Positions 8,297 to 18,040 of a stretch of 49,241 nucleotides of DNA are shown piece by piece. A program made the translations under genes and the position numbers. Numbering within the stretch: position 1 is the first letter of the stretch; each line of letters begins with the position of its first letter. Source of the stretch: Myxococcota bacterium (GTDB taxonomy: Bacteria; Myxococcota_A; UBA796; GCA-2862545). The DNA is taken from NCBI GenBank assembly GCA_039208735.1, contig JBCCQY010000055.1, positions 1 to 49,241 on the forward strand, written 5' to 3'. The notes beneath the pieces are model-generated. The model saw nothing but the letters and a program-made list of their open reading frames with translations. It was not told the DNA's origin and did no database searches.

Positions 8297-10660
8297 ATGC
8301 AATCCGTCTACCGCTGTGCATCGCAGCGCCGGCGCCGGCTGGTGCTGACCGAGACCTCACTGAACGGTATCGACTTTATTGAGGTCGACCCAGATCAACC
8401 CACGACCCTGACCGTCCATTTGCTCCGGCCGGCTCCCGTGAACCTCGACGCTACGGATTTCGAGATCACAGGCGGAGTTCGGACGACGGAGATTACCGTC
8501 GAACAGCTGCTCCCGGTGTTGGGGCAGCCGAGCGTGGTCCGGTTGGTGACCAATCGCGTGGGGGACCATTCCGAGTACCGATTGAACGTGATCGGCTCAG
8601 CGACAACAGAATTTGATCCAGTGCTTCGCACGATTGGGTTTGGGTTTCTTGCCCACTGCGACGTGGGGCTGGATTGCCCGACCCCGACCCCGTGCCCCCC
8701 AGAGCCCTTGCCCATCCCTGAGCTCGATCACCTCGCTCGGGACTTCGAGAGCTTGCGGCGGTTGATGCTTGAGCGACTCACCGTGTTGCGGCCGGACTGG
8801 ACTCGACGTACGGCCATCGACCCCATGGTGATGCTGGTCGAAGCGCTGGCCTATGAAGGGGACCGGCTGTCGTATGCCCTCGACGCCGTGTCGCAGGAGA
8901 CCTACCTCGGTACGGCGCGCCAGCGTGCGTCCCTTCGCCGCCATGCACGACTGCTCGATTACACGGTTCACGAGGGAGCGGCTGCACGGGCTTGGGTCCA
9001 GCTGCAGGTGAGCACGGCGACGAACTGGGATGCGACCCAGGACCCAATGCCACGGTTCTTCGCGGGTGGTGGTGCCGAAGACGGCATTGCCTTTGTCGTG
9101 GCCGAACCCGCCTTCACGGTTCATCCCGATAACAACGCCCTGCCCTTTCATACCTGGGGGGAGGTGGATTGTTGCGTGCCCCGAGGCGCCACCGAGATCG
9201 ACCTTGACGTGACCGGCCTCACGCCAAGCCTCACGGTCGGCGACACGCTGCTGTTGGAACAAACTCGCGATCCAACGACACTCGAACAGGTCGACGCAGA
9301 TCCTGCCCATCGTCACATCGCACGCATTCGCGCCATCGAGGTAACCGCCGACCCCGTCACCTCGAGCACGGTGTGGCGGGTTCGACTCGACGACGAGGAT
9401 GCGCTGCCGTTCGCCCTTCGCGTCTCGGTCGACCCCGAGGAGGGCCCCCCCGTCTCTATCGCCATCGCGAGAGGCAACCTCGTGCTGTTGGAGCATGGCG
9501 AGCCCGTCGAGTTGATCGACCGCACCGTGGACCTGCGTTGGGGAGATCGCTACGAGCTTCGACTCGACGAGGTTGCGTCGATCGCGCCTTCGGTTCCCGT
9601 GACCTCTGGCTCGTCGGTCGCGGCGATGCGTCAGGTCGACCCGGCTCGAGCCGTGCCCGCGATCACGCTCATCGATGAGACAGGCGCCCACTGGGATCCG
9701 CAACCGCACCTGTTCGACAGCGCCTCGACGGACCGTCACTATGTACTCGAAACCAGCCACGAAGGTCGGCCTTCGGTTCGCTTTGGCGACGGACAGCACG
9801 GTGCACTTCCTGTGCAGGGAGACGGCCGCCTGACGTTCACGGCGACCTTGCGATTGGGGGGCGGTGAAGTCGGCAACGTCGGCGCGGAAGCCATCACGCG
9901 GGCCCTCGATTTTCCGGCGCACAATGCGAACACGCTGGTGGTTCGCAATCCCCTACCAGCCTTTGGCGGACAACGTCCAGAGTCGGTCGAGGCGATTCGT
10001 CGAGACGTGCCCGAGGCCTACCGCTACCAGGAACGCGCAGTCCGGACCGATGACTACGCGCGCGTCGTCGAGGCGGCCAGCCCCCAGGTGGCCCGTGCGG
10101 TCGCCCACATCCGACAAACGGGAACGCATCGCGCGGTCGAGGTGGCCGTCGATCTACGCGGGGGCGGGAAGCTTTCTGAGGAGCCGGAGTTGCGGGCGGT
10201 GCTTCGATCCGCGCTTGAAGACCGCCGCACCCTTGGCTTTTCGGTTCGGCTCCGCGACGCTCGCTTGGTTCCCCTCGACCTTGCCCTTGTCGTCATCCTG
10301 GAGCCGGCAGCCTCTCGAAGCGTCGTGCGAAGTCGCCTGAGGACCGCGTTTGCGGCCGGCCGTGAGTTCGATGGGGAAGCCGCCTTCTTCCACCCGGATC
10401 GGTTCACCTTTGGTGATCCGCTGTACTTCAGTGCGCTCGTCGCCCATGCGCGCGCGGTCCCCGGTGTGTGCTCCGTCGAAACCGACGCCACGAGCGTCCA
10501 TGGCGGCCTTCTCCGGTTTCAGCGGTGGGGCGTTCCACCTGACGGAGAGTTGGACCGTGGCGTCATCCGACCTGCTCCTCGCGAGATTCTCGAAGCGTGG
10601 AGCGATCCGAACCGGCCCGAACGGGGCCGCATCCACTTTCACCTGCTGGGGGGCCGATGA
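8297..10660 (+). CDS. Baseplate J-like wedge protein (Afp11-like)
   Basis: LNGIDFIEV, DHLARDFESLRRLML, GDRLSYALDAVSQETYLGTARQRASLRRHARLLDY, VRFGDGQHG, GNVGAEAI, QERAVRTDDY. Confidence 0.92.
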   Translation: MQSVYRCASQRRRRLVLTETSLNGIDFIEVDPDQPTTLTVHLLRPAPVNLDATDFEITGGVRTTEITVEQLLPVLGQPSVVRLVTNRVGDHSEYRLNVIGSATTEFDPVLRTIGFGFLAHCDVGLDCPTPTPCPPEPLPIPELDHLARDFESLRRLMLERLTVLRPDWTRRTAIDPMVMLVEALAYEGDRLSYALDAVSQETYLGTARQRASLRRHARLLDYTVHEGAAARAWVQLQVSTATNWDATQDPMPRFFAGGGAEDGIAFVVAEPAFTVHPDNNALPFHTWGEVDCCVPRGATEIDLDVTGLTPSLTVGDTLLLEQTRDPTTLEQVDADPAHRHIARIRAIEVTADPVTSSTVWRVRLDDEDALPFALRVSVDPEEGPPVSIAIARGNLVLLEHGEPVELIDRTVDLRWGDRYELRLDEVASIAPSVPVTSGSSVAAMRQVDPARAVPAITLIDETGAHWDPQPHLFDSASTDRHYVLETSHEGRPSVRFGDGQHGALPVQGDGRLTFTATLRLGGGEVGNVGAEAITRALDFPAHNANTLVVRNPLPAFGGQRPESVEAIRRDVPEAYRYQERAVRTDDYARVVEAASPQVARAVAHIRQTGTHRAVEVAVDLRGGGKLSEEPELRAVLRSALEDRRTLGFSVRLRDARLVPLDLALVVILEPAASRSVVRSRLRTAFAAGREFDGEAAFFHPDRFTFGDPLYFSALVAHARAVPGVCSVETDATSVHGGLLRFQRWGVPPDGELDRGVIRPAPREILEAWSDPNRPERGRIHFHLLGGR

Positions 10661-13518
10661 AGTCCGACCCACATGCTTGCGATAGTTGCCTCGCCCCTCC
10701 AGATCGTCCCGACCCGCCAAGCGGTCTGGCACGGGTGCCCTTTCGTACAGGCACGCATGACACCCTGCTGAAGGCCATGATCGAGGCTCTTGCGGGCGCC
10801 GAGGTTCCTGGCGATGGAGCGGAGGGGCCCGCAATCCGTCCCCTTGCCCGTCTGGGGACCCGCTCGACGAGCGACCCGGCCCTCGCATTGGTCGATCTGT
10901 GGGCCAGCGCACTGCACGTACTGTCCTTCTACCAAGAGGCAGCTCTTAACGAGGCCTTCCTTGGCACGGCCGAGGAGCGATGGTCACTCGTCGAGCTGGC
11001 TCAGATGATCGGACACCAGCCCGATCCTGGTGTGTCGGCCGAAACCTGGCTCGCCTTTGAGATGAACGACCTGGCCGGACGCCCGTTTGCGACCCCCCTT
11101 GAGTCTCGAACCCCCGTTCAAGGACTGCCCCCCTCCGGAAACGCGCCTCCGCCCGTGTTCGAAACGCTGGACGACGCGACCTTGCGGCCCCAATGGAGCA
11201 CCTTGCGCCCGCTCCACACGCGACCGGCCTACCTGGCCATCGTCGGACCCGACTCAAATGGCGTTGGCGTTTTGTACTGGATCGATTGGTCGCCGGGCCC
11301 CAACCCACAATCCGATGCGATCGCGTCAGAATTCGTACACCCGATTAACGTCAGCCCTCCAGACGCCTCAGGCCCCGTCTTCGGTCGCCCGGTACGGCGG
11401 CTCGCGCTCGCTGGCGCACTGACCCCCGTGAAGCCGGGCGACTTCCTGTTGTTCCGCAGCATCACAAGCCAGGGGGCCTTCGCAATGCTCAAGGTTGTGG
11501 AGATCGAGCCGCAACCCCTCAACAACCAGGTGGTCATCACCCTTGATCACGGCTTTGACCCGGTCGATGGTGACGCGGGGCCGGGGGCTGCCACAGCGCT
11601 TCCTCAGCTGCCGATTGAGGTCGAAGACCTGATCGGATTGCCGCAATCCGCGTTGGCGGAGCGGCTGCGTGCGCACACCCTCACCGAAGATGAAGGGCGG
11701 CGCTTGGTCGACGCGTACCGCCCAGGCGCCCGCGCGCTCTCGGAACTCTTGGCGTCGATCGACCCCTACGCCAGGGATGGCGGAGGCCAGGGGATCTTTC
11801 TGTCCCCGGCGATGTTCCGCCCCTTCGGGCACGACGCACAGGACTCTGCGTCGCTCAACCGGGCCTTGGGGGTCACAGACCAGTACACCTGGGACACGAC
11901 CCCGCCGAGCATCTGGCAAAACGCGCAAGGGACGGTCCGGGGAGGAACCCCTGGCTCTGGCACCGGCCGCATCGCTCTCGACCGGGCCTCCGTCCGATCC
12001 GCCGTGGGTTCGTCGGTCGTGATCGAAGGTGCCGGCCAGACCCAACTCTTCTCCATTACGCGCCAGTTTGATACCGGCCTGCGCGACTTCTTCCGAACCG
12101 TTGCGACCACACTCCTGGACCTCACGAAGGTGGCGGGCGCCCCAGCTGCCGCGCATGACTTTCCGTTCCGGGAAAGCACGATTCGGGTGTTTACGGAAGC
12201 CGCGATTGCGGCGCCACGCGTCGTCGACACGCCGGTCGAAGGTCGGGCGATCACGCTCGAGCGGTTTCATCCCGACCTGCGTTCGGGTCAGGTGGTGCTC
12301 GTGCAGGGCACCCCCCTTGAAGCCGCCGGCGAGTCCAGACTCGACCCGGAACTCCGGACCATTGTCGTCGTGGAGCACGTCGGAGGCCGCACGCACATCA
12401 CGCTAGACCGGCCGCTCACCCATCGCTACCGTCGAGACAGCGTCCTCATCAACGCCAATGTGGTGCGCGCGATCCACGGCGAAACCACTCGGCAAGTGCT
12501 GGGGGATGGCGATGCGCGACAGGCCCATCAGCGCTTCCTTCTTCGTCGTCCGCCGCTGTCGCACCGAGCCTCTTCGACGAGGGTCTTGCCCGAGATCGAG
12601 GTCCAGGTCGACGGCGTCGCCTGGAAGCGGGTGAACACGCTGTTTGGGAGCCGGTCCGATGAGCGGGTCTACGTGTTGCGTCAGCGCAGCGATGATGCGT
12701 GGGAGGTCCGGTTCGGGGACGGTCAACAAGGGGCCCGACTGCCCACGGGACAGGGCAACGTGGTGGCAACTTGGCGAACGGGCCTCGGTACGTCGGGCAA
12801 CGCAGCGTCGAATACGGTTTCGACCTTGCGCAGCCAACCGTTTGGGGTGCGCACGGTGACCAATCCGTTTCCCGCGACCGGTGGGGTGGATCCCGAGCGG
12901 CCGGACGAATTGCGGCGCACGATTCCACGGCGGACCCGAACGCTCGGCCGTGTGGTCTCGCTGACGGACATCGAAGATTTCGCGGGCAATACGCCAGGGG
13001 TTCGCAAGGCCCACGCCGTGTCACTGTCGTGGCGCGGAGGCCCGTTGGCGCTCGTGACGGTGGCCGGCGATGGCGTGGATGCGTCAATCCTGACGGGGCG
13101 CTTGCAGCGAGCGTTGATGGCCGTGGCACCCCAAGGGCTACGCCTCATTGTACGCGAGTATGCCGCTGCTTTCTTCCTTGTTGAACTCCGGATCGATGCC
13201 GATCCGGCCTTCGAGCGGTCCGTTGTCCATGTGCGGGTCACCGAGCGATTGCGCCGGGCCTTTTCGTTCGACCGGCGAGCCTTCGGACAGCCGGTGACGC
13301 GGTCGGAGGTCCTGCAGGAGGCGTCGTCCGTGGCTGGGGTTCGGGGGGTGCTGGTGGACCGCTTCGAGCGTTCCGATCGGCCGTTGTCCTTACCGGCGGG
13401 CGACCTGCATGCTCGGCAGGCCGGCATCGCAAGTGGCGAACTTCATGCCGCTGAACTGCTGTTGCTCGAACCGGGCACCCCTGGGTTGACGATTGCGGTC
13501 GCAGGAGGGAGTGCATGA
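10657..13518 (+). CDS. Second baseplate J-like protein (Afp12-like)
   Basis: ATG 10657 overlaps the previous stop. DPALALVDLWA...VLSFYQE...NEAFLGTAEERWSLVELA, NANVVRAIHGET, VRFGDGQQGARLPTG, RTLGRVVSLTDIEDFA. Confidence 0.9.
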   Translation: MKSDPHACDSCLAPPDRPDPPSGLARVPFRTGTHDTLLKAMIEALAGAEVPGDGAEGPAIRPLARLGTRSTSDPALALVDLWASALHVLSFYQEAALNEAFLGTAEERWSLVELAQMIGHQPDPGVSAETWLAFEMNDLAGRPFATPLESRTPVQGLPPSGNAPPPVFETLDDATLRPQWSTLRPLHTRPAYLAIVGPDSNGVGVLYWIDWSPGPNPQSDAIASEFVHPINVSPPDASGPVFGRPVRRLALAGALTPVKPGDFLLFRSITSQGAFAMLKVVEIEPQPLNNQVVITLDHGFDPVDGDAGPGAATALPQLPIEVEDLIGLPQSALAERLRAHTLTEDEGRRLVDAYRPGARALSELLASIDPYARDGGGQGIFLSPAMFRPFGHDAQDSASLNRALGVTDQYTWDTTPPSIWQNAQGTVRGGTPGSGTGRIALDRASVRSAVGSSVVIEGAGQTQLFSITRQFDTGLRDFFRTVATTLLDLTKVAGAPAAAHDFPFRESTIRVFTEAAIAAPRVVDTPVEGRAITLERFHPDLRSGQVVLVQGTPLEAAGESRLDPELRTIVVVEHVGGRTHITLDRPLTHRYRRDSVLINANVVRAIHGETTRQVLGDGDARQAHQRFLLRRPPLSHRASSTRVLPEIEVQVDGVAWKRVNTLFGSRSDERVYVLRQRSDDAWEVRFGDGQQGARLPTGQGNVVATWRTGLGTSGNAASNTVSTLRSQPFGVRTVTNPFPATGGVDPERPDELRRTIPRRTRTLGRVVSLTDIEDFAGNTPGVRKAHAVSLSWRGGPLALVTVAGDGVDASILTGRLQRALMAVAPQGLRLIVREYAAAFFLVELRIDADPAFERSVVHVRVTERLRRAFSFDRRAFGQPVTRSEVLQEASSVAGVRGVLVDRFERSDRPLSLPAGDLHARQAGIASGELHAAELLLLEPGTPGLTIAVAGGSA

Positions 13519-15578
13519 GCGCAGATCGACTCTACGAACGGCTTCCGGCCGTGGTGCGAAGCCGCGATGGCCATGTGGGCTACCCACTGCGCGCTCTGTT
13601 TCGGGTTTTGCAGACGCAGGCAGACGCCTACGATGCTGACCTGAAGCGCCTGTACGACAATTTGTTCATTGAAACGTGCGAGGAGTGGGCCGTTCCCTAC
13701 ATCGGGGACCTCGTCGATGCCCTGCCGATCCGCCCCGTCCCTGCGCGAACCCACTCCCGCCGCAGCTGGGTAGGGCAGACGATCCAGCGTCGGCGTCGCA
13801 AGGGCACCCCAGGCGTCGTCGAACACCTCGCCCTTGCCGCATCGGGCTTCGAGAGTCGTGCGGTCGAGTACCTGGCTGTGGTTGCAACGACCGAGAACGT
13901 CAATCTGCACCGTATGGCAGCCCAACTGCCTCATCTCGCCCTGCTGGACCCCTTCGAACGACACAACGGTCCATTCGATGAGCTTCCGCGCACTCCAGAC
14001 GTGCGACGCATTCCCAACCGCGTGGGGCGCCACAACTTGCCCAACGTGGGCGTGTGGCTCTGGCGGGAGACCCGAATCGGAGTGGCCCCTCATTCCGCGC
14101 GACGCGCGAGTGTAGGCGTTGCAAACTTCTTTGTTCATCCCCTTGGCGTGGCGGCTCCGCTGTTCAATGTGCCTACCGACGAGCGTTCGTTGGCTAGCCT
14201 CGCCACCGAGCGCGAACGGCCCGGAGTCCTTCGGCATTGGCCTCTACACGTGGGCCAGACCACGTCGGAGGCTTCCTGGCTCGAAGGCAATCGGGCTGCG
14301 GTGCGGGTCTTCTTGGTGCGTGGGGGGCCCCCTGAGCGGGTTCCTCCGTCCGACATCGCGTTGTGCAGCCTCGATGATGATCGATGGGCGGGGACGTTCG
14401 TTGCCCCAAGTGGCGCAAGGGTCGCGCTTGATCCGGTGCGGGGGCGACTGACCGTACTCGACGACCCCGGATCGGTCGTTGAGGTCCACGTCGAAGCCCA
14501 ACATGGCGTGGCCGGGGCGATCGGCGCGGGGACGGCGGGCCCTCCCTCCAACGTTGCCGACAACACCCTTGCCGAGCTGCCCGAGACATGGGCGACCGGG
14601 GTGGTCAATCTCACGTCGTGCCTGGAACAGCAACCGTCCAGCGGAACGTGGACCCTGACCGTCCCAGCCGGCGAGACACTCATCGTCCAGGCCAACGGCA
14701 TCGGCGTGCGGCCGCACCTTCGGGGAACCCTCGAGATCGTGGGCGGCGGGGGACGCGTGGTGCTTCGAGGGCTTTTGATTGAGGGGACCGTTCGTGTTGC
14801 GTCAGACGCGGTGTCCGATCTGACGATCGAGCACTGCACGATCACGGGGGCCGACCCCGAACCCGCGCTCCACCTCAGTGGTCCCACCATCGCTGAAGGG
14901 GCGACCGCGACGCTTTCCGTAACCGTGAAACGCTCGATGGTTGGCCCTGTCGTCGCGCAGCGGGCGAACCCAGAGCCGGGCCCAGACGGAATCGTGCTGC
15001 GCATCGAAGACTCCTCGGTCGACGCGCGGCCCCTTCCCCCTGATTCGAATTCTCGGCACAACGAAGCGGCACTGCTGACCCCCGATTCCCAGTTGGAATT
15101 GTTCGGCGTGACGGTGCTGGGCCAAACCCGAGGCCGACGCCTTGAGGCCAGTGATGTCATCTTTGGGGGCGACCTTCGCATCCTGCAGACCCAACGCGGG
15201 TGCATGCGGCACTGTGTTTTGTGGTTGTCGGGACCGTCCACCGACCCCTACGTGGGTACCCGCACGCCACGCCGTCACCGGTGCATCCCCGACCAAGCCT
15301 TGGACGACGTGTCGGGGCCGTCTGCGGTGGCCTTTACGATCACAAGGCTGCGTCCTCGCTTTGTGAGCCTGCAGTTTGGTCAACCGGGCTACGCGCGGCT
15401 GCATCCCAAGGCCGCGGTCGAGCTTCGCGAAGGGGGGGCGGATGGGGCCGAGCCGGGAGCCTTTGCCTTTGAACAAGAAGCCATTCGATTGCGCAATCTG
15501 CGCGACGTGCTGCCCGCCTACCTGCCGTTCGGAATGGAAGCCGGCATCTTCGATGCCACCGGGAGACATGCAACATGA
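13515..15578 (+). CDS. Phage tail/baseplate wedge protein (P2 gpI-like N-terminus) with beta-rich C-terminus
   Basis: DRLYERLPAVVRSRD...PLRALFRVL...LYDNLFIETCEEWAVPYIGDLV...RRRKGT; ends YLPFGMEAG. ATGA-coupled on both sides. Confidence 0.8.
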   Translation: MSADRLYERLPAVVRSRDGHVGYPLRALFRVLQTQADAYDADLKRLYDNLFIETCEEWAVPYIGDLVDALPIRPVPARTHSRRSWVGQTIQRRRRKGTPGVVEHLALAASGFESRAVEYLAVVATTENVNLHRMAAQLPHLALLDPFERHNGPFDELPRTPDVRRIPNRVGRHNLPNVGVWLWRETRIGVAPHSARRASVGVANFFVHPLGVAAPLFNVPTDERSLASLATERERPGVLRHWPLHVGQTTSEASWLEGNRAAVRVFLVRGGPPERVPPSDIALCSLDDDRWAGTFVAPSGARVALDPVRGRLTVLDDPGSVVEVHVEAQHGVAGAIGAGTAGPPSNVADNTLAELPETWATGVVNLTSCLEQQPSSGTWTLTVPAGETLIVQANGIGVRPHLRGTLEIVGGGGRVVLRGLLIEGTVRVASDAVSDLTIEHCTITGADPEPALHLSGPTIAEGATATLSVTVKRSMVGPVVAQRANPEPGPDGIVLRIEDSSVDARPLPPDSNSRHNEAALLTPDSQLELFGVTVLGQTRGRRLEASDVIFGGDLRILQTQRGCMRHCVLWLSGPSTDPYVGTRTPRRHRCIPDQALDDVSGPSAVAFTITRLRPRFVSLQFGQPGYARLHPKAAVELREGGADGAEPGAFAFEQEAIRLRNLRDVLPAYLPFGMEAGIFDATGRHAT

Positions 15579-18040
15579 AGGGTGACTTCAGCCGGAACAG
15601 CCATCTTCCTGACCGCCAATTCTCTGCGGTGCGTTTCCTTCAAGGTCGCGTCGTGCTCGATGCCGATCTCAACGAACAGCTCGACATCGCACTCGATGAT
15701 CGAAGGTGGGGTCGGCACGACATTATTGGCGACTTCGGGATTCCTGAGGACCATCCAGACGATCTTGCGGTGGCTCTCGAAGGAACGACGGTGACGGTGG
15801 CCGGTGGCACGGCCTACGTCGCGGGACGCCGGGTGACGGTCGAGCCAACCACCGTCGATGTGTCCGAGCTTCTCATGGGAGACCCGAACCCGCAAGGCAG
15901 CGTTTTGCTTGGGGTCGATCTCGAGGTTCGTGAGGAGCTGGTCACGGAGTTGGACGACCCAGATCTGGTCGAGCCCGCCTTGCTTGGCGCGGATCACTCG
16001 GTTCGCCAACGCCTCGTTACAGAGGTGCGGGTTGATGCGCTGTCCGACTTCACTTGCCGCGGATTACGCCGCATGCGCTCGCCTTTGCGCATGCGTCCTC
16101 TGGTCGAGCCTACCGTTCCGGGAGCGGGCCCGTGCCTCGTTCCAAGCCAGGCAGGGTTCCGAGGACTCGACAACGTGCACGTGCGCATCGAGGTGCACCG
16201 CTCAGACAGTGACGGGCGGTGGGTCAAATGGGACCGCGACAACGCGTCGGTTGAACTTGAAGCTTCGGGCCTCGTCGAGGACGATGGGACGCAATTGCTG
16301 CTCGTCGGTCCGTTTTCGCCCGCCCATGCCCTCGACCGTCTTGAATCGGGTGACCTCCTCGAAATCGAAGGGGTGGGGCTCGTTCAATATGTGGGGACCG
16401 ATCCCGACTCGCGTGGGCTCCTTGTCGGACCGCTCGGCAACGAACCGTTCTTCACCTCCACCGACTTTTCTGGTGACCCGTTGCGTCTTCGCCGTTGGCA
16501 AGGGTTTGCCATGGTGCAGCTGGGTCAGGCGTTCTCTCTCTTCGAAGGACTGTCGGCCGAGCTCACCACCGGCCTTCTGCCCCCTGGTACGACACCGACG
16601 GCAGAAGAAGGATCTTCGTGGAGTTTCGTCGCTCGGTCGGCGATTGGTGAATCCGGCATTGGTGATGTCGTGTGGCCTCACCGCACGCCGACAGGCGACC
16701 CCGAACCCGCGTTTGCGGAGGCCCCCGACCACCTTCGGGTCAGTCTGGCCATCTTCGATGTGCCCGCCAATGGGGATCCCCCACAGATGGGAGACTGTCG
16801 GTGGTTCTTTCCCCCGCTCACCAAGCCGATCGCGAGTGGTGGATGTGCGACGTATGTGGTGGATCCGGCCACGTGGCGGGAGACGCTTGCGGAGCTGGAG
16901 CCCGGTGAAGACGCGCATGTGTGCTTTCGACCTGGAGTATATGGGGTGGATTCCCCCCTGGTGCTCTCGGGTCTCGGACACCTCACGCTGTCGGGATGCG
17001 GGGAGGCCACCTGTCTTCGCGGGACCACGGTTCCCATCCTTCTCGAGGTGCACAACTGCTCGAGTGTTACTCTCCTCGATCTTTGTTTTGAGTCTCTGGC
17101 TCCCCAACCGGAAGGGCTCGAGATTCCAAGAGGGATGGTCCAGCTCCGCCAGTGTGCCACGGTCGAGGTTCATCGGTGCCGATTGACCATGGCTCCCGCG
17201 GCGAACGAACGGCGAGCCTGTGTGCGGGTCCAGGTCGATCCTCCGCTCGATCCAGATGCGCCCGAGCCCTTTGTGTCGAATGTCACCATCACAGGGAGTC
17301 ACTTTGCTATCGGTGACTCGCAACAGGGCATTCAGTTGTGGGCGGTGACCGACGCCACGGTCGACGACAATACCTTTGAGACGTTTGGGCAGGCCTCCCT
17401 GGACGGGGGCGTGGTCTCCGCGGTGGCCGAGCGCGCGGTGACCTGCGATGGCAGCACGGTCCGTACCCTGTCGATCACCGGAAACCGCGCCGAGCGGGTT
17501 TCGTACTTTGCCCGGGTGTACGGATGGGTCGGCGTGTCCGTAGTTCGAATCCTCGACAACGTGGTGACCACCGCCCGTGGACTGTGGCAGCTCGATCATG
17601 CCATCCTCGTCAGCACGGCCGAACGGGTGACGATATGCGGTAACGAACTCGCCTTAGACCAGCCGGTCGACCGACCGCTCCCGGAAGACGAACGACCTTA
17701 TCGCAACGGCATCAAGGTCGAAGGGTCGCTGGGACCTGTCATTCGTCTGTGCGACAATGCGGTTTCGCACGCGGACTACGCGATTCGAGTGGCCGCGGGG
17801 ACTGCCGCGAATGCCCCTCGCATGTATCGAACCACCGGAAACTTGCTCTGGAGTGGAGGGCCGGTTTGCTACATCCACGAATTGGGTTCCGAACCGCTTA
17901 CCTTCTTCGTTCACCAAAACGTCCCTGAACCCCCCACGGGCGAACAAGGGCGGGTCATCGTTCGCCCCGTGGGCGGAAGCGTAGATGTGACCAGGGTAGT
18001 CAGGCCCACCCCCACGGGAGGCCGAAGCGATGAAGGGTGA
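15575..18040 (+). CDS. DUF6519-domain putative tail fibre 1 with right-handed beta-helix C-terminal region
   Basis: MKGDFSR...QGRVVLDADLNEQ N-terminus (DUF6519 signature), GFRGLDN..RIEVH...KWDRDNASV, DCRWFFPPL, then parallel beta-helix-like repeats (vTI.GN / DN motifs). Confidence 0.8.
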   Translation: MKGDFSRNSHLPDRQFSAVRFLQGRVVLDADLNEQLDIALDDRRWGRHDIIGDFGIPEDHPDDLAVALEGTTVTVAGGTAYVAGRRVTVEPTTVDVSELLMGDPNPQGSVLLGVDLEVREELVTELDDPDLVEPALLGADHSVRQRLVTEVRVDALSDFTCRGLRRMRSPLRMRPLVEPTVPGAGPCLVPSQAGFRGLDNVHVRIEVHRSDSDGRWVKWDRDNASVELEASGLVEDDGTQLLLVGPFSPAHALDRLESGDLLEIEGVGLVQYVGTDPDSRGLLVGPLGNEPFFTSTDFSGDPLRLRRWQGFAMVQLGQAFSLFEGLSAELTTGLLPPGTTPTAEEGSSWSFVARSAIGESGIGDVVWPHRTPTGDPEPAFAEAPDHLRVSLAIFDVPANGDPPQMGDCRWFFPPLTKPIASGGCATYVVDPATWRETLAELEPGEDAHVCFRPGVYGVDSPLVLSGLGHLTLSGCGEATCLRGTTVPILLEVHNCSSVTLLDLCFESLAPQPEGLEIPRGMVQLRQCATVEVHRCRLTMAPAANERRACVRVQVDPPLDPDAPEPFVSNVTITGSHFAIGDSQQGIQLWAVTDATVDDNTFETFGQASLDGGVVSAVAERAVTCDGSTVRTLSITGNRAERVSYFARVYGWVGVSVVRILDNVVTTARGLWQLDHAILVSTAERVTICGNELALDQPVDRPLPEDERPYRNGIKVEGSLGPVIRLCDNAVSHADYAIRVAAGTAANAPRMYRTTGNLLWSGGPVCYIHELGSEPLTFFVHQNVPEPPTGEQGRVIVRPVGGSVDVTRVVRPTPTGGRSDEG

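Noticed and set aside
15858..17599. Long alternative-frame and antisense ORFs (e.g. 15858-17186 +, 16202-17599 -; also 8597-9922, 22664-23806, 31395-32741)
   Set aside because: They overlap well-supported genes, are Arg/Pro/Ser-rich with no motifs, and are expected in high-GC DNA.
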